From: an uncultured Verrucomicrobiae bacterium
GTDB taxonomy: Bacteria > Verrucomicrobiota > Verrucomicrobiia > Chthoniobacterales > UBA10450
Length of the DNA stretch: 64,000 bases
Direction: 5' to 3'
Assembly (NCBI GenBank): GCA_963735805.1
Contig: CAVTMK010000002.1
Span: 1,088,001 to 1,152,000, forward strand
Both the position numbers and the translations under genes were made by a program. A model generated the notes under the pieces. It made no database searches and was not told the DNA's origin. It saw only the letters and a program-made list of their open reading frames with translations. Each line of letters begins with the position of its first letter. The first letter of the stretch is position 1. Shown piece after piece: positions 40,661-52,105 of the stretch.

Positions 40661-41899
40661 CTATTGAGGCGCTTTCCCCAGAACGACACACGCATTAATT
40701 CCGCCGAAACCAAATGAGTTACTCATTACATATGTCAGCTCGGCTTCCCGTCCGTGATTAGGCACAACATCGAGGTCACACAACGGATCGTGATTCGTAT
40801 AGTTGATTGTGGGTGGAACCCATTGACGATCTAAAGCAAGCGCGCAAAGCGCGGCTTCGATCGCACCTGTCGCGCCCAGCGGATGCGCGTAATAACCTTT
40901 TGTCCCGCTAACTGGGATTCGTTGTGCGTGGTTGCCAAGCACTTGTTTGATCGATGCCGTCTCTGCACTGTCGTTGAGCTGGGTTGAACTGGCGTGCGCA
41001 TTGATATAATCGATCTGTTCGGGCGCCAACTGCGCGTCCGTAAGCGCCTCACGCATCGCGCGAATGGACGATTCGCCGTTCGGCAATGGCGAAGTCATGT
41101 GAAAAGCATCATTATTTATGCTGTATCCGAGCACTTCCGCGTAAATGTGCGCATCGCGGCTGCGCGCATGTTCAAGTTCTTCAATGACGAGGGACGCACC
41201 GCCTTCGCCCATTACGAATCCATCACGCAACAGATCGAACGGGCGGCAAGCCAGCGCAGGGTTCTCCGGCCATCGGCTCATGGTTTTAATGATGTCGAAT
41301 GCGCCGATGGTGATAGTCGTCAAGGGGGCTTCGGCTCCGCCGGCGACAACCACATCGACAAAATCGTCCCGGATGTAACGCAGTGCTTCGCCCACGGATA
41401 CTGTGCCACTGGCGCAGCTGTTCGAATTTGTAGTCCCCGCGCCGCGAAACCCGAACTCGATCGCGATATTCGAGTGGGCGGAACCACCGAATACCTGAAC
41501 GGCGAGCGTGGGTTGAACGCCACGCGCGCCCTTTTTTAGATACCTGAGATACTGTTCTTCGGCCTTGCAAACGCCGCCAAGCGCCGTGCCAAAACTAACA
41601 CCGACGCGATCCTGTGGTTTTTCGCGGGAATACTCGAGCCGCGCATCCTCCAGCGCCAGCTTTGCCGATACGACCGCGAACTGAGCGTAACGGTCTAATC
41701 GTTTCAAGCGTTGCGGTGAAAAAAACTGCTCGGGGTCCCAATCATTAATCTCGCCGGCTGCGCGTACGCGGAAGACGCCGGAATCGAAGCTTTTGATACC
41801 ACTTTTTTCAGCCAGAATTGCGTTCCAAAAATTCTCGCGTCCGTGTCCGATGCAAGTAATTGGCCCAATCCCAGTGATAACGGCGCGTCTTCGACTCAT
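40661..41899 (-). CDS. beta-ketoacyl-ACP synthase (FabF-like)
   Basis: NSCASG (catalytic Cys), NAHASST, AHPLGA, SNSFGFGG. Confidence 0.92.
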   Translation of the reverse strand: MSRRRAVITGIGPITCIGHGRENFWNAILAEKSGIKSFDSGVFRVRAAGEINDWDPEQFFSPQRLKRLDRYAQFAVVSAKLALEDARLEYSREKPQDRVGVSFGTALGGVCKAEEQYLRYLKKGARGVQPTLAVQVFGGSAHSNIAIEFGFRGAGTTNSNSCASGTVSVGEALRYIRDDFVDVVVAGGAEAPLTTITIGAFDIIKTMSRWPENPALACRPFDLLRDGFVMGEGGASLVIEELEHARSRDAHIYAEVLGYSINNDAFHMTSPLPNGESSIRAMREALTDAQLAPEQIDYINAHASSTQLNDSAETASIKQVLGNHAQRIPVSGTKGYYAHPLGATGAIEAALCALALDRQWVPPTINYTNHDPLCDLDVVPNHGREAELTYVMSNSFGFGGINACVVLGKAPQ

Positions 41900-42351
41900 G
41901 CGATGACCTTGTTTGTGTTCGCCTCGACGTACGATTTCATGCAACGCAGCGTCTTGTTCGCAATATGACGAATGAAAAAGTCGCCGATAACCTTGTCCGC
42001 GATGGGCGCTAAAATCTTCACCCGAAATACTAGATCGTGTTTGATTTCGACCAGCACGCCGTCTGGGATTTCCTTAAATGTCCATACTACACGCATTCCT
42101 TTCGTGAACGCTTTCAAGTGACAAAATCGGACTTCAACGCGGTCCCGATCGATAATTTGTTCTGAGGTCCAGGAAATCGGAATTCCGGACCGCGTCGCAG
42201 CCATGACGACAATGTTTCGGCTCGGGCTATGTTCGAGATAACGAATATAGCGATAGTGAGGAAGAATCTGCGGCCAAAGCTCCAGGTTTGCTGCTGTCTC
42301 GAAAATCGTCATTCTCGGCGCGCAAATGATGATGGAGTTGGCCTTGTGCAT
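41896..42351 (-). CDS. SRPBCC/polyketide cyclase family protein
   Basis: I.AP...IFE.AANLE.WPQILP; ATGA overlap with the KAS gene. Confidence 0.82.
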   Translation of the reverse strand: MHKANSIIICAPRMTIFETAANLELWPQILPHYRYIRYLEHSPSRNIVVMAATRSGIPISWTSEQIIDRDRVEVRFCHLKAFTKGMRVVWTFKEIPDGVLVEIKHDLVFRVKILAPIADKVIGDFFIRHIANKTLRCMKSYVEANTNKVIA

Positions 42352-42624
42352 TGGAAGTGATAGCCACCGCAAAATGAAAACCCACCCAACCATCGATGTT
42401 GCGCACTTTCTGCGGGACAGGGGATACTCCCCCGAAAAGTAATTTCACGAAAGGAAAAATTATCCGTCAAAATCAGAGAATAGGTTGTTGCTCGCGGAAG
42501 TAGATCTGGCTAACGCTATTCCGAAGGCAAGGGAATTGAACTCTTGCCCTTGGCCTAGACCGGAAAGACGCGCGTTCACGTCCGACCGTCTGTAATCTTT
42601 ACTGTTAACTGGTTGAGTTTGAAG

Positions 42625-43833
42625 TTAAACAGGACGACCGCGCCTGGCATGATCTGCGTCTTGCGCCAATTGGTTTAAGAGCGCGAAGAACGCTGGCGAT
42701 TGACCAATGAAAAGTCCCATGTTCGTTAGGAACTGGACGACACTCATGGCGACGCCTTCCGTCTTAGTCGGCCGAATGACTGAACAAATCGGGAGGCTTG
42801 GATCCAAAAACGGGCATGGTTCCGGCATGATCAGGCTCTTATTCAGGGTCTCGTCGTCTACTTCCAGATCAGGAAATGTCACCGAAACGCCAGTGACTGG
42901 ATCAACCGCAGTCAAGGGCGGCGCATTGCCTGCCTTGTCCGACCAGGTTTGGAAATGCATTGTTTCCGTAGGACCAATGCTGATCAGAATTCGCAGGGCC
43001 TCCTCATGAGTGGCCCTCAGGGCCATTGAGGGATAGAGGCTGTTGCCACCTTGTTCAATCGTTGCAAAGTGGAAAGCCGCGGTATTTGCAATCGCCTGTA
43101 GGAAATTAGAGTCACTTGTGTCGGCGTCGGTCCTGGGAATTGCTGTGTGTTGGTTAACTCCTAACGTCGGGACGGCCTGCGGAAAGGCAAAGTTCGGATC
43201 AAGATCCGGGTTATGGTCGTCGATGCGGTAGCGCGTCCACCAGCTGGTATCTATGGTGAGTTGCGTCAAATTAGTGAGACGCAAAATTCCGCTGGATCCG
43301 CTCGCAACGCTGCCCGGTAAAGTGCGAAACGGTTCAAGATCTACAGGGGCCGCTCCCTTGGAGTCCAGATACGCGTTGAGGAAGGTGTGGTGAGTGATCT
43401 CATCGTCGGTGTTGTCGTGGATGTAGATAGGCATGTCTTCGTCAAGCACTTCAATGGCCTCTGTGTAGGCTTCGTTTCCGGTGCCACCAGGGACTTCATC
43501 ATCCTGCACGCCCCCAAGTTCGTTGTATTGGATCCAAAAATCGGCCTCGAGTATTTCTGCCGCCGCTGCGAATCGGAGCAGCGCTGCGTCTCCTGCTGTC
43601 AGACCACCACGGGTGCGAGGCACTGGCAGAGGCCTTGTCCCCCCTGACATGGACGCATTGGCCAGCAGTCCGGCGCTAATGGTTCCCATTCCTACTGCCA
43701 GCGATTTGCCTAGGAAGGAGCGGCGACTGATAGAATTTCTCCGAGGTATCGCTCTCTTGACCAAGTTGTTCTTTGGAGAATGATCCTCGCTCTTACCAAC
43801 ATCATTTGCTTTAGAATTGATGATTGCTTTCAC
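42625..43833 (-). CDS. Tat-exported ferritin-like domain protein
   Basis: SRRSFLG signal; AEILEADFW, DDEITHH, IEQGG..Y, ETMH metal-ligand pattern. Confidence 0.82.
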   Translation of the reverse strand: MKAIINSKANDVGKSEDHSPKNNLVKRAIPRRNSISRRSFLGKSLAVGMGTISAGLLANASMSGGTRPLPVPRTRGGLTAGDAALLRFAAAAEILEADFWIQYNELGGVQDDEVPGGTGNEAYTEAIEVLDEDMPIYIHDNTDDEITHHTFLNAYLDSKGAAPVDLEPFRTLPGSVASGSSGILRLTNLTQLTIDTSWWTRYRIDDHNPDLDPNFAFPQAVPTLGVNQHTAIPRTDADTSDSNFLQAIANTAAFHFATIEQGGNSLYPSMALRATHEEALRILISIGPTETMHFQTWSDKAGNAPPLTAVDPVTGVSVTFPDLEVDDETLNKSLIMPEPCPFLDPSLPICSVIRPTKTEGVAMSVVQFLTNMGLFIGQSPAFFALLNQLAQDADHARRGRPV

Positions 43834-43838
43834 GCATG

Positions 43839-43895
43839 GAGAATCGCAGCGAGTCAGGTTGTGCGCTGCTCGGGAAAAGTTACGCGTTTGTTACC
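43839..43895 (-). promoter_or_regulatory. putative regulated promoter, copy 2
   Basis: GGTAAC-N5-CGTAAC-N30-TGCGATTCTC-N5-GTG. Confidence 0.65.
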
Positions 43896-43969
43896 GCACA
43901 AGGATGCAATGGTCTCTCGGTGACCTGCGAAATCGCAGCAGTCGCGACGCTGCTGTGATATGCAAAAAA

Positions 43970-44042
43970 TGGAGCCTACGGGATTCGAACCCGTGACCTC
44001 CTCAATGCCATTGAGGCGCTCTACCAACTGAGCTAAGACCCC
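43970..44042 (-). tRNA. tRNA-Ala (anticodon GGC)
   Basis: GGGGTCT...CCTCA-ATGGCAT-TGAGG...GGTTCGAATCC...AGGCTCCA; G3:U70 pair. Confidence 0.96.
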
Positions 44043-44150
44043 GGTAAGAAGTTTAGATTGTAGGTTTCACATTACAGATTGCAAATCTGAGGCATCGAAC
44101 GGAATTCATTCTGATTCTGTCTAAATGTCTCAGACAAAGCTTGCAACAAA

Positions 44151-45179
44151 GTGCATGTCATGATGTTTAATGGGCAAAGGAAGTTAATGAAGCTTTCGAG
44201 ATTCCGCTTGTTCTGGTCGGCCGCGGTGGTTGCGGCCGGCGTTTGCACCAGCACAGGTCAAACTAATGGACCTGCACTCCAAAACGCTCCTCGTGTAGCA
44301 CCGGCTAATTCTGTTCGAGGGAGTAACGTCCGTCCCCACAATTCAAATCCATCATTTGTTCCCCGTAGACCGCCAAACGTTGGTCAGCGCTCACCTGGGA
44401 CATTCCCGAATCAAATTCAAAATCAGGCGGCTAATTTTCGGGCGAACTATCCGCGGTCGAGTCGGCGGCTGAATCCAACTGTTGCAGGGATGGGCGTTTG
44501 GTACCCCCCGCGAACCTACAATGTCCAACCAACCGGCGACGCACTGCTGCCCCAGAGCGAAATCGCGCGGACCGTGCTACCGGTCACGGATCCTCAGGGC
44601 ACCGTGAAAACCGACGATCTAAAGCCAACCACCGGCGTGCTGGCGAAGCAGGGGGTATCGGAAGGCTTGGAAGTAATCGACGCACAACGCGTCGCAAAAA
44701 ATGATACTGTCGAACCTACGGCACGTGATTTGACGAACGGTCAGGTCAGGCGGCACAAGGGGAAGCTGAACGGTCAAGCTGGGAAGAATCGTTTTAGTTA
44801 TTCCGATGCTCTTCGTCGTAATTGGCATGAATGGCACAATCGCGATTGGTGGAAACAACATTGCAACACAGTTGTGTTTGTCACCGGAGGATATTATTTC
44901 CTGGACGCGAGCTATTGGTATCCGGCTTGGGGTTACGATCCGTCTAACAGCTATTACGATTATGACGGGCCCATCTACACCTATGGCAATCTGCTTCCGG
45001 ACCAGGTGATCGCAAACGTTCAAGGAGCTTTGCAAGAAGCAGGTTATTACTTCAGCGCAGTAACCGGGTCGCTGAGCGTGGAGACGCGAGCCGCTCTTCT
45101 AAACTTCCAGCGTGACCAGGGACTGATTGCTACCGGAGCGATTGACGAGCCGACCGTCGAGGCGTTGGGATTGTACTAG
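44151..45179 (+). CDS. secreted protein with Tyr/Trp-rich region and C-terminal peptidoglycan-binding domain (paralog of 27030..28076)
   Basis: GGYYF...YWYPAWGY...YDGPIY...VQGALQEAGYY...AIDEPT; true start probably ATG 44187. Confidence 0.82.
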   Translation: MHVMMFNGQRKLMKLSRFRLFWSAAVVAAGVCTSTGQTNGPALQNAPRVAPANSVRGSNVRPHNSNPSFVPRRPPNVGQRSPGTFPNQIQNQAANFRANYPRSSRRLNPTVAGMGVWYPPRTYNVQPTGDALLPQSEIARTVLPVTDPQGTVKTDDLKPTTGVLAKQGVSEGLEVIDAQRVAKNDTVEPTARDLTNGQVRRHKGKLNGQAGKNRFSYSDALRRNWHEWHNRDWWKQHCNTVVFVTGGYYFLDASYWYPAWGYDPSNSYYDYDGPIYTYGNLLPDQVIANVQGALQEAGYYFSAVTGSLSVETRAALLNFQRDQGLIATGAIDEPTVEALGLY

Positions 45180-45320
45180 AAAAAACTTTCGCCAAGACTG
45201 CGGTTGGCTCGATACATCGAGGTACGGTGCCGCATAACTACAACAGACGCGACTGGCTGTCTCCTAACCAGTCAGGATTCGCTTGATCGTTACGCCGACC
45301 ACGTTTTAGGAAAGGTATCT

Positions 45321-46403
45321 ATGAGTGACCTGAGTTTTCAAAATAATGTGCCGGATCCTTTATTGGCCGGGAGAGAATTACCGACTTTCAAATTCGAGCT
45401 CGAAAAATCCAGCGGAAAAGTCCTCGGAAATAGCTTTGGCAAGGAAGCGACCGTAGAACAACTTCCCATCGCAAAGAGAATCGCAGGAGTATCAATGCAA
45501 CTCGAGCCGGGCGTAATGCGTGAACTTCATTGGCATGCGACGGCCGCGGAATGGGCATTCGTTCTCAAAGGTCGCGTTCGCACAACAGTGATTAATCCGG
45601 CCGGTCAGACCGAGACTAATGACTTCGAACCAGGCGACGTCTGGTACTTTCCACGTGGCCACGCCCACGTGCTTGAGTGTCTCGGTAACGAACCGACCCA
45701 TTTTATTTTGATCTTTGACAACGGCTATTTCTCAGAGTTTGGCACGTTTAGCATCACCGATTGGATCGGACATGCACCCAAGCAGCTGCTGGCAAAAAAC
45801 TTTGATCTTCCGGAATCGACGTTCGATCACTTTCCAAAGGAAGAAGTTTATTTTGCTCGTGGTGTCATTCCGCCGGAACCAATACCCGAAAACCTTCAGG
45901 GGCCGCGATTCTCGCCGCCGGAAACGCACAAGTTTCGAATGCTCGCCGGCGCGCCGCACGGAATTTTCAAAGGAGGGCGTGAATGGCGCGTCGATTCAAC
46001 GCGGTTTCCAATTTCGACAACGCTTACCGGCGTAATTCTCGATCTTGAACCAGGTGCGCTGCGTGAATTTCATTGGCATCCAAATGCCGATGAATGGCAA
46101 TACGTCATCGACGGCGATCTAGGTGTGACAATGTTCGCGTCGCACGGTCGATTTCGTTCAGAGCAACTGCACGCCGGAGATGTCGCCTATATTCCACAAG
46201 GCTTTGGACACTCGATTGAAAACCTGGGGAGCAAACCGAGTCGGATGCTGATCGGTTTTAACACCGGAACTTACCAGGCAATTGATCTTTCTGCGTGGAT
46301 TGCCGGCAATCCGGTTGATGTTCTGGCGACCAACTTTGGTATGCCGGCTTCCTTATTCGCGAAGTTTCCCCGCAAGGACGTGTTTATAGCGCCAAATCAA
46401 TGA
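45321..46403 (+). CDS. oxalate decarboxylase-like bicupin
   Basis: RELHWH..AEW and REFHWH.NADEW Mn-binding motifs; GGAAAGG RBS before ATG 45321. Confidence 0.9.
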   Translation: MSDLSFQNNVPDPLLAGRELPTFKFELEKSSGKVLGNSFGKEATVEQLPIAKRIAGVSMQLEPGVMRELHWHATAAEWAFVLKGRVRTTVINPAGQTETNDFEPGDVWYFPRGHAHVLECLGNEPTHFILIFDNGYFSEFGTFSITDWIGHAPKQLLAKNFDLPESTFDHFPKEEVYFARGVIPPEPIPENLQGPRFSPPETHKFRMLAGAPHGIFKGGREWRVDSTRFPISTTLTGVILDLEPGALREFHWHPNADEWQYVIDGDLGVTMFASHGRFRSEQLHAGDVAYIPQGFGHSIENLGSKPSRMLIGFNTGTYQAIDLSAWIAGNPVDVLATNFGMPASLFAKFPRKDVFIAPNQ

Positions 46404-46419
46404 CGTTTCATCAGCTCAA

Positions 46420-46561
46420 CCACGGCGCTGCGCCACTGTGCCTCAGTGAGTAATGCCCGCAGGGCACCTCGACACAGCGGGCCGCTACAGTTGTAAGATG
46501 CCTCCTAACTATAGCCCCCGCGCTCTCAAAGATTTGCGACGGTCGTAGACCGCCGTTACAG
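46420..46561. repeat. cluster of degenerate GTAG-type REP-like elements
   Basis: CCACGGCGCTGCGCCACTGTG, GCGGGCCGCTACAG, GCGACGGTCGTAGACCGCCGTTACAG. Confidence 0.55.
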
Positions 46562-46587
46562 GAGGAACTGTCAACCAACTCTGAGCC

Positions 46588-48282
46588 ATGCAAAAATTGA
46601 TCGAATGCGTACCGAACTTTTCGGAAGGCCGTGATCAAGACGTCATTCGACAGATCACCGATGCAATTGTGTCTGTAGAGGGTGTTTCGCTTTTGGATGT
46701 CGATCCCGGTGCCAGCACTAACCGGACCGTGGTGACGTTCGTCGGCAGTCCTGATGCAGCGGTCGAAGCGGCATTTCGCGCTATTAAAAAAGCGGCGGAG
46801 CTAATCGACATGCGCAAACACAAGGGAGCGCATCCGCGCATGGGCGCGACTGACGTTTGTCCGTTCATCCCGGTAAGCAACGTGAGCTGGGATGAAGCAA
46901 TTGCCTGTGCAAATCGTTTGGGAAAACGTCTCGGCGATGAATTGAAAATTCCGGTCTATTTATACGAAAAAGCGGCGAAAAATGGATCGCGCTCGAATTT
47001 GTCGGTGATTCGCGCAGGTGAATACGAAGGTTTCTTCGAAAAAATAAGACAGCCCGAATGGAAGCCAGATTTTGGACCCGGTACATTCAATGAAAAATCG
47101 GGGGGAACTGTAGTCGGTGTTCGCGATTTTCTCGTTGCTTACAATGTGAATCTGAACACGAAATCGACGCGGCGCGCGAACGCGGTTGCGTTTGATGTGC
47201 GAGAGCAGGGGCGGGTAAAGACCGAAGACGGAAAACCATCGGGAAAAGCAGTGTTGGATGCGAATGGCGAGCCGATTCGAATTCCCGGAATGCTGAAGCA
47301 CGTCAAGGCAATTGGCTGGTTCGTCAGGGAATACGGGATTGCACAGGTCTCGATGAACCTGACCAATATCGAAGAAACGCCGTTACATGCAGCGTTCGAT
47401 GCGTGCTCTGAGTCGGCGGCCAAACGTGGCCTGCGCGTGACTGGCTCGGAGATTGTCGGCATGGTACCGAAGAAATGTCTGGTCGATGCGGGCCGTTACT
47501 TTCTTCACAAGCAACGATGGTCGGAAGGGGCTTCAGACGAGGAACTGATCGACACCGCCATCCGGTCGATGGGGTTGAGTGAATTGAAGTCTTTCGACCC
47601 AAAAGAAAAGGTGATCGAATTCAAAATCGAAGCTGCCGAGCGAGGGAAATCTCTCGCAAAAATGAATCTGCGCGACTTTTGCAACGAAACTCTAAGTGAC
47701 TCGCCCGCGCCAGGCGGCGGCTCCGTCGCAGCGCTGATGGGGGCGTTAGGCGCCTCATTAGGAGGAATGGTTGCGAACTTGTCCGCCGGAAAACGCGGCT
47801 GGGATGACAAGCTCGAATATTTCAGCAACTGGGCTGTGAAAGCGCAGCAACTCAAAGACGAATTGCTCTCACTGGTGGACGAAGATACTGCTGCGTTCAA
47901 CAAAGTAATGGACGCCTTCGCTTTGCCCAAAGGGTCGTCTGAAGAGAAGGCTGCGCGAGCGACCGCAATCGAAGAGACAACCAAATATGCGGCCGACGTG
48001 CCGCTAAGGGTCATGGCAACGGCGTCGAAATCCTACGAATTGCTCGCTGAAATGGCTGACAGAGGAAACCCGGCCTCCGTTTCCGATGTCGGCGTGGGCG
48101 CGCTGGCTACACGCGCGTGCATTGAGGGAGCCGCGCTAAACGTGAGAATCAATCTCTCACAATTGAAGGACGTAAAATTCAAGGCTGCGCTTGAGGAAAG
48201 AATCCGAAATATCTGTGCAGATTCGGCAGCCAAGTTCAAAGAAATCAGCCAGGCAGTCGAAAATAAGTTAAGCAAATCGTGA
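46588..48282 (+). CDS. ftcD: glutamate formiminotransferase/formiminotetrahydrofolate cyclodeaminase
   Basis: [33 protein letters not shown]. Confidence 0.95.
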   Translation: MQKLIECVPNFSEGRDQDVIRQITDAIVSVEGVSLLDVDPGASTNRTVVTFVGSPDAAVEAAFRAIKKAAELIDMRKHKGAHPRMGATDVCPFIPVSNVSWDEAIACANRLGKRLGDELKIPVYLYEKAAKNGSRSNLSVIRAGEYEGFFEKIRQPEWKPDFGPGTFNEKSGGTVVGVRDFLVAYNVNLNTKSTRRANAVAFDVREQGRVKTEDGKPSGKAVLDANGEPIRIPGMLKHVKAIGWFVREYGIAQVSMNLTNIEETPLHAAFDACSESAAKRGLRVTGSEIVGMVPKKCLVDAGRYFLHKQRWSEGASDEELIDTAIRSMGLSELKSFDPKEKVIEFKIEAAERGKSLAKMNLRDFCNETLSDSPAPGGGSVAALMGALGASLGGMVANLSAGKRGWDDKLEYFSNWAVKAQQLKDELLSLVDEDTAAFNKVMDAFALPKGSSEEKAARATAIEETTKYAADVPLRVMATASKSYELLAEMADRGNPASVSDVGVGALATRACIEGAALNVRINLSQLKDVKFKAALEERIRNICADSAAKFKEISQAVENKLSKS

Positions 48283-49529
48283 AGACACTGGCTGTTCTTC
48301 ACGCTTCGCAATTAGTCACACTGGAAGGCCCAAAAATGCCGCGTACCGGGCCGGATATGGCTGAGTTGGGCATCATTCAGAATGGCGGAATGCTGATTCG
48401 CGATGGCAGGATCGAGGACGTGGGTACCAGCGATGAGATCCAGAAGAAGGCTGGCAATGCGGACGTTATCGACGCGCGTGGAAGAGTCGTCCTCCCTGGA
48501 TTTGTCGATGCGCACACGCATTTGGTTTTTGCGGGGAATCGCCTGGACGATTTCGAGCGGCGTGCGCGCGGAGACACTTACGAGCAAATCGCCAAGGCTG
48601 GCGGTGGGATCTGGTCCACGGTTGAAAAGACGCGGGCAGCCAGTGAAGCCGACCTTCTCGTTGAGGCAAAAAAGCATGCAGACTGGTTCCTGTCCTTTGG
48701 AACGACAACTGTGGAGTCCAAGTCCGGCTACGGCCTGTCGCCTGAAGACGAATTAAAGATCTTGCGGGTTATGAGGCGACTTCGTCAGGAGACGCCGCTG
48801 GAAATTGTGCCGACGTTCCTCGGCGCACATGCGATACCGCGCAAAATGCAACCAAATGAATACGTCGATCTTGTTGTTGACGAGATGCTACCGCAGGTGG
48901 CTTCGGAGAACCTTGCCGAATTTTGCGACGTATTTTGCGAGCGTGGCTACTTCGATATCGAACAATCGCGGCGGATTCTCGCTGCAGCGAAGAACGTTGG
49001 ATTGAAACTGCGAATTCACGCTGATCAACTTAGCAATTCGGGCGGGGCAAGGCTGGCTGCTGACTTGAAGGCGACAACGGCTGATCACCTGGAGAAGACG
49101 GACGGGCAGGGAATTGCGGTATTGAAATCCGGCGGCGTGCAACCGGTATTGTTGCCGGGTTCAGTCTATGCGCTCGGGTCCACGCGGTATCCACGGGCGC
49201 GAGAAATGATCGAGGCTGGCCTTGCCGTGGTGATTGCGACTGATTTCAATCCCGGATCGTCGCCGACGCCGAGCATGCCGATGGTTCTATCGCTCGCTTG
49301 CACACAGATGAAAATGACGCCAGCAGAAGCGATCACCGCATCGACGATCAATCCAGCCTATTCACTAGGTCGCGCTGATCGGATCGGTTCAATCAAGTCC
49401 GGTAAGGCGGCGAACTTTTCGATTTTCGACTGTGAGGATTACCGGGAACTGGCGTACTGGTTTGGATTTCCGCAGGTACAGTCGGTGTATGTTCGCGGTA
49501 AATCTGTTTCAGGGAGCGGCGGTCTCTAG
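48279..49529 (+). CDS. hutI: imidazolonepropionase
   Basis: [43 protein letters not shown]. Confidence 0.95.
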   Translation: MKTLAVLHASQLVTLEGPKMPRTGPDMAELGIIQNGGMLIRDGRIEDVGTSDEIQKKAGNADVIDARGRVVLPGFVDAHTHLVFAGNRLDDFERRARGDTYEQIAKAGGGIWSTVEKTRAASEADLLVEAKKHADWFLSFGTTTVESKSGYGLSPEDELKILRVMRRLRQETPLEIVPTFLGAHAIPRKMQPNEYVDLVVDEMLPQVASENLAEFCDVFCERGYFDIEQSRRILAAAKNVGLKLRIHADQLSNSGGARLAADLKATTADHLEKTDGQGIAVLKSGGVQPVLLPGSVYALGSTRYPRAREMIEAGLAVVIATDFNPGSSPTPSMPMVLSLACTQMKMTPAEAITASTINPAYSLGRADRIGSIKSGKAANFSIFDCEDYRELAYWFGFPQVQSVYVRGKSVSGSGGL

Positions 49530-49609
49530 TCCGCGAGTGGAGTGGCAAAAACGACTTTTTGTTTTCTCAGCTGTTGGTGAAAGGGGTGCCTTGCTTTAGC
49601 CTTGCTCAA

Positions 49610-49993
49610 ATGAAAGGCATGGATGCTGAGAAAGAGCTTTTGAATCTGGAAAATCAATTCACGGCAGCAGTCGTCAAAAATGATCCGGAAACAATCGAGC
49701 GATTTGTTACTGATGACTGGATCATCATCAACGCCGATGGAGGAATCATCGACAAGGAACGCTTTCTTGGAGTAATTAAATCGGGCACTCTAACTCACGA
49801 GTTGATGGAGTCTGATGACACTCGCGTTCGCGTCTACGGAGAGAGCGCCGTTGTCAGCGCGCTTACTCGGACAAAAGGGAAATTTATGGGACAAGAGTTC
49901 AGCACAAACGAGCGCTCGACAGATTTTTTTGTGAGGCTCGATGGACAATGGCGGTGCGTCCTAACGCAGCTTACTCGATTTACGAGAGCATAA
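49610..49993 (+). CDS. NTF2-like (DUF4440-type) protein
   Basis: DDWIII..DG, VRVYGESAVV, FVR.DGQWR; start uncertain. Confidence 0.8.
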   Translation: MKGMDAEKELLNLENQFTAAVVKNDPETIERFVTDDWIIINADGGIIDKERFLGVIKSGTLTHELMESDDTRVRVYGESAVVSALTRTKGKFMGQEFSTNERSTDFFVRLDGQWRCVLTQLTRFTRA

Positions 49994-50051
49994 GCCATGC
50001 GTCATTCGAGCAGATTTTGCGGTGCCTTCAGAGCGCCCTTACAGTGAGTTT

Positions 50052-51389
50052 ATGAAGGTCGAAGTGGAAAAGCAGCCCGGATCCGTCTCTACGCTGCAAA
50101 TTGAACTGCCGCCGGAGGAAGTGTCCAAAGAATGGGATACAATCGCCAGCAGCTTTGCGCGTGTCGCCAAAATTCCGGGGTATCGACCAGGCAAGGCCCC
50201 GCGCGCGGTCATCGAGAAGAGATTTCGCAAAGAAATCCAGGAGGAGTTGACCAAAAAGCTCGTCTCCAGGAGTTATCATGAAGCAATCGAGCAAGAACAG
50301 TTGCGTGTTGCTTCGCTGGCTAATATCGAAAACGTCCAGCTAGGCGAGGACAAGTCGATGCGGTTTCGTGCGACAGTCGTTACCGTACCGGAATTCGAAC
50401 TGCCCGAATACAAGAACATTCCTGTGCAATTGCCGGAGACGAAGGTTACCGAGTCGGAGATCGATGCTTCACTTGAGCGTTTGCGCGAGCAATCCGGCGA
50501 CTTCGTCGATGTTCCAGAGCGTGGCTTGGAAATGGGCGACTTTGCCGTGATCGATTTTGAGGGATCGAGCGACGGCAAGGCAATCAGTGAAATTGCGCCT
50601 CAGGCGAGCAAGAACCTTCACGGCGGCAAAAAATTCTGGTTGCGCCTGGCGCCCGATAATTTTCTGCCGAAATTTTGTGAACAAATCGTCGGTCAGAAGC
50701 CAAACGAAACGCGTGCGATAACCGTTGATTTCGCGACGGATTTGCCAGTAAAGGAACTGTCGGGAAAACAGGCAAATTACAATGTCACTGTCCGTGAGAT
50801 TAAGCAGCAAGTGTTGCCGGTTTTGGACGATGTGTTTGCGGCCAAATTGATCCCTGGAAAGACGCTTGCCGATTTGCGGCAAATCATCGAACACGACCTG
50901 GCGCACGAGAAGGAGCATGAGCTCGAACGGGCAAAAGAAGGGCAGCTTGTGAAATACCTGCACGAACGGATCCAGTTTGAGTTACCTCCTCCTTTACTGA
51001 AAAATGAAACGCGTCGCATTCTGGCAGATCTGGTGCAGCGAAACCGGCAACGCGGTGTTACTGATGAGATGCTGAAGGACAAGGAGAAGGAGCTTATCGA
51101 AAGCGCCGCCGGACTTGCTGCTCACCGGTTGAAGACCAACTTTATCCTGCATCGCATTGCCGAGCTCGAAGAGATCAAGGTTTCGCGGGACGACATTAAC
51201 GCCCGACTTCGCGAGGAAGCGGCCCAGTATAACGTTCCTGTGGAAAAAATGCGCAAGGAATTGCACGAACACGATGGTCTGGACGCATTCGCAGAGCAGA
51301 TACTGCTGGGTAAGACTCTTGATTTCCTGAAGGCGAATGTTAGCATCGAGGCAGAGCAAGAACCCGCTGTTAAGGAAGAAAAATCATGA
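50052..51389 (+). CDS. tig: trigger factor
   Basis: [10 protein letters not shown] signature, FKBP-like middle domain; upstream of clpP. Confidence 0.95.
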   Translation: MKVEVEKQPGSVSTLQIELPPEEVSKEWDTIASSFARVAKIPGYRPGKAPRAVIEKRFRKEIQEELTKKLVSRSYHEAIEQEQLRVASLANIENVQLGEDKSMRFRATVVTVPEFELPEYKNIPVQLPETKVTESEIDASLERLREQSGDFVDVPERGLEMGDFAVIDFEGSSDGKAISEIAPQASKNLHGGKKFWLRLAPDNFLPKFCEQIVGQKPNETRAITVDFATDLPVKELSGKQANYNVTVREIKQQVLPVLDDVFAAKLIPGKTLADLRQIIEHDLAHEKEHELERAKEGQLVKYLHERIQFELPPPLLKNETRRILADLVQRNRQRGVTDEMLKDKEKELIESAAGLAAHRLKTNFILHRIAELEEIKVSRDDINARLREEAAQYNVPVEKMRKELHEHDGLDAFAEQILLGKTLDFLKANVSIEAEQEPAVKEEKS

Positions 51390-52087
51390 GTGTGTCGAAC
51401 GAAAATCTTTCCCAGGTGCTGATTCCAATGGTGGTGGAACAGACGGGCCGGGGCGAGCGCAGCTACGATATCTACTCGCGACTGCTTAAGGACCGAATCG
51501 TTTTTATCGGAACGCCGATGGACGATCACATCGCCAATCTGGTCATTGCCCAATTGCTGTTTTTACAAATGGAGGACTCGAAAAAAGACATCAACATCTA
51601 TATCAATTCGCCCGGTGGCTCAGTTACCGCGGGCCTTGCGGTCTATGACACGATGCAGTTCCTCACATGCGATGTGACTACCTATTGCCTCGGAATGGCC
51701 GCAAGCATGGCTGCGGTCCTCCTCTGCGCAGGAACCAAAGGTAAGCGTTTCGCGCTTCCAAATTCCGATATCATGATCCATCAGGTTTCCGGAGGCGCGC
51801 AGGGCGCAGCGAGCGACGTGGAACGTCAAGTGGATTATATGTTCAAGCTGAAAAAGCGCCTCATCAAAATCATCGCGCAGCACACCGGCAAATCCGAAGA
51901 ACAAGTACGGACCGATTCGGATCGCGATTATTATATGTCCGCCCAGGAAGCAAAAGCGTACGGTTTGGTGGACGAAGTGATCAAATCTCGCAAGGAGGTG
52001 AAGCTACTCGATGGGGCGAATCCTCCCGCAGGCGATCGGTCGGTGGAAGTGGCTGAAACCGCTTTGCCGCGTAAAGTCGGAGCATAG
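51386..52087 (+). CDS. clpP: ATP-dependent Clp protease proteolytic subunit
   Basis: [30 protein letters not shown]. Confidence 0.97.
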   Translation: MSVSNENLSQVLIPMVVEQTGRGERSYDIYSRLLKDRIVFIGTPMDDHIANLVIAQLLFLQMEDSKKDINIYINSPGGSVTAGLAVYDTMQFLTCDVTTYCLGMAASMAAVLLCAGTKGKRFALPNSDIMIHQVSGGAQGAASDVERQVDYMFKLKKRLIKIIAQHTGKSEEQVRTDSDRDYYMSAQEAKAYGLVDEVIKSRKEVKLLDGANPPAGDRSVEVAETALPRKVGA

Positions 52088-52105
52088 GAGAGCTTCTTAA
52101 AAAAT

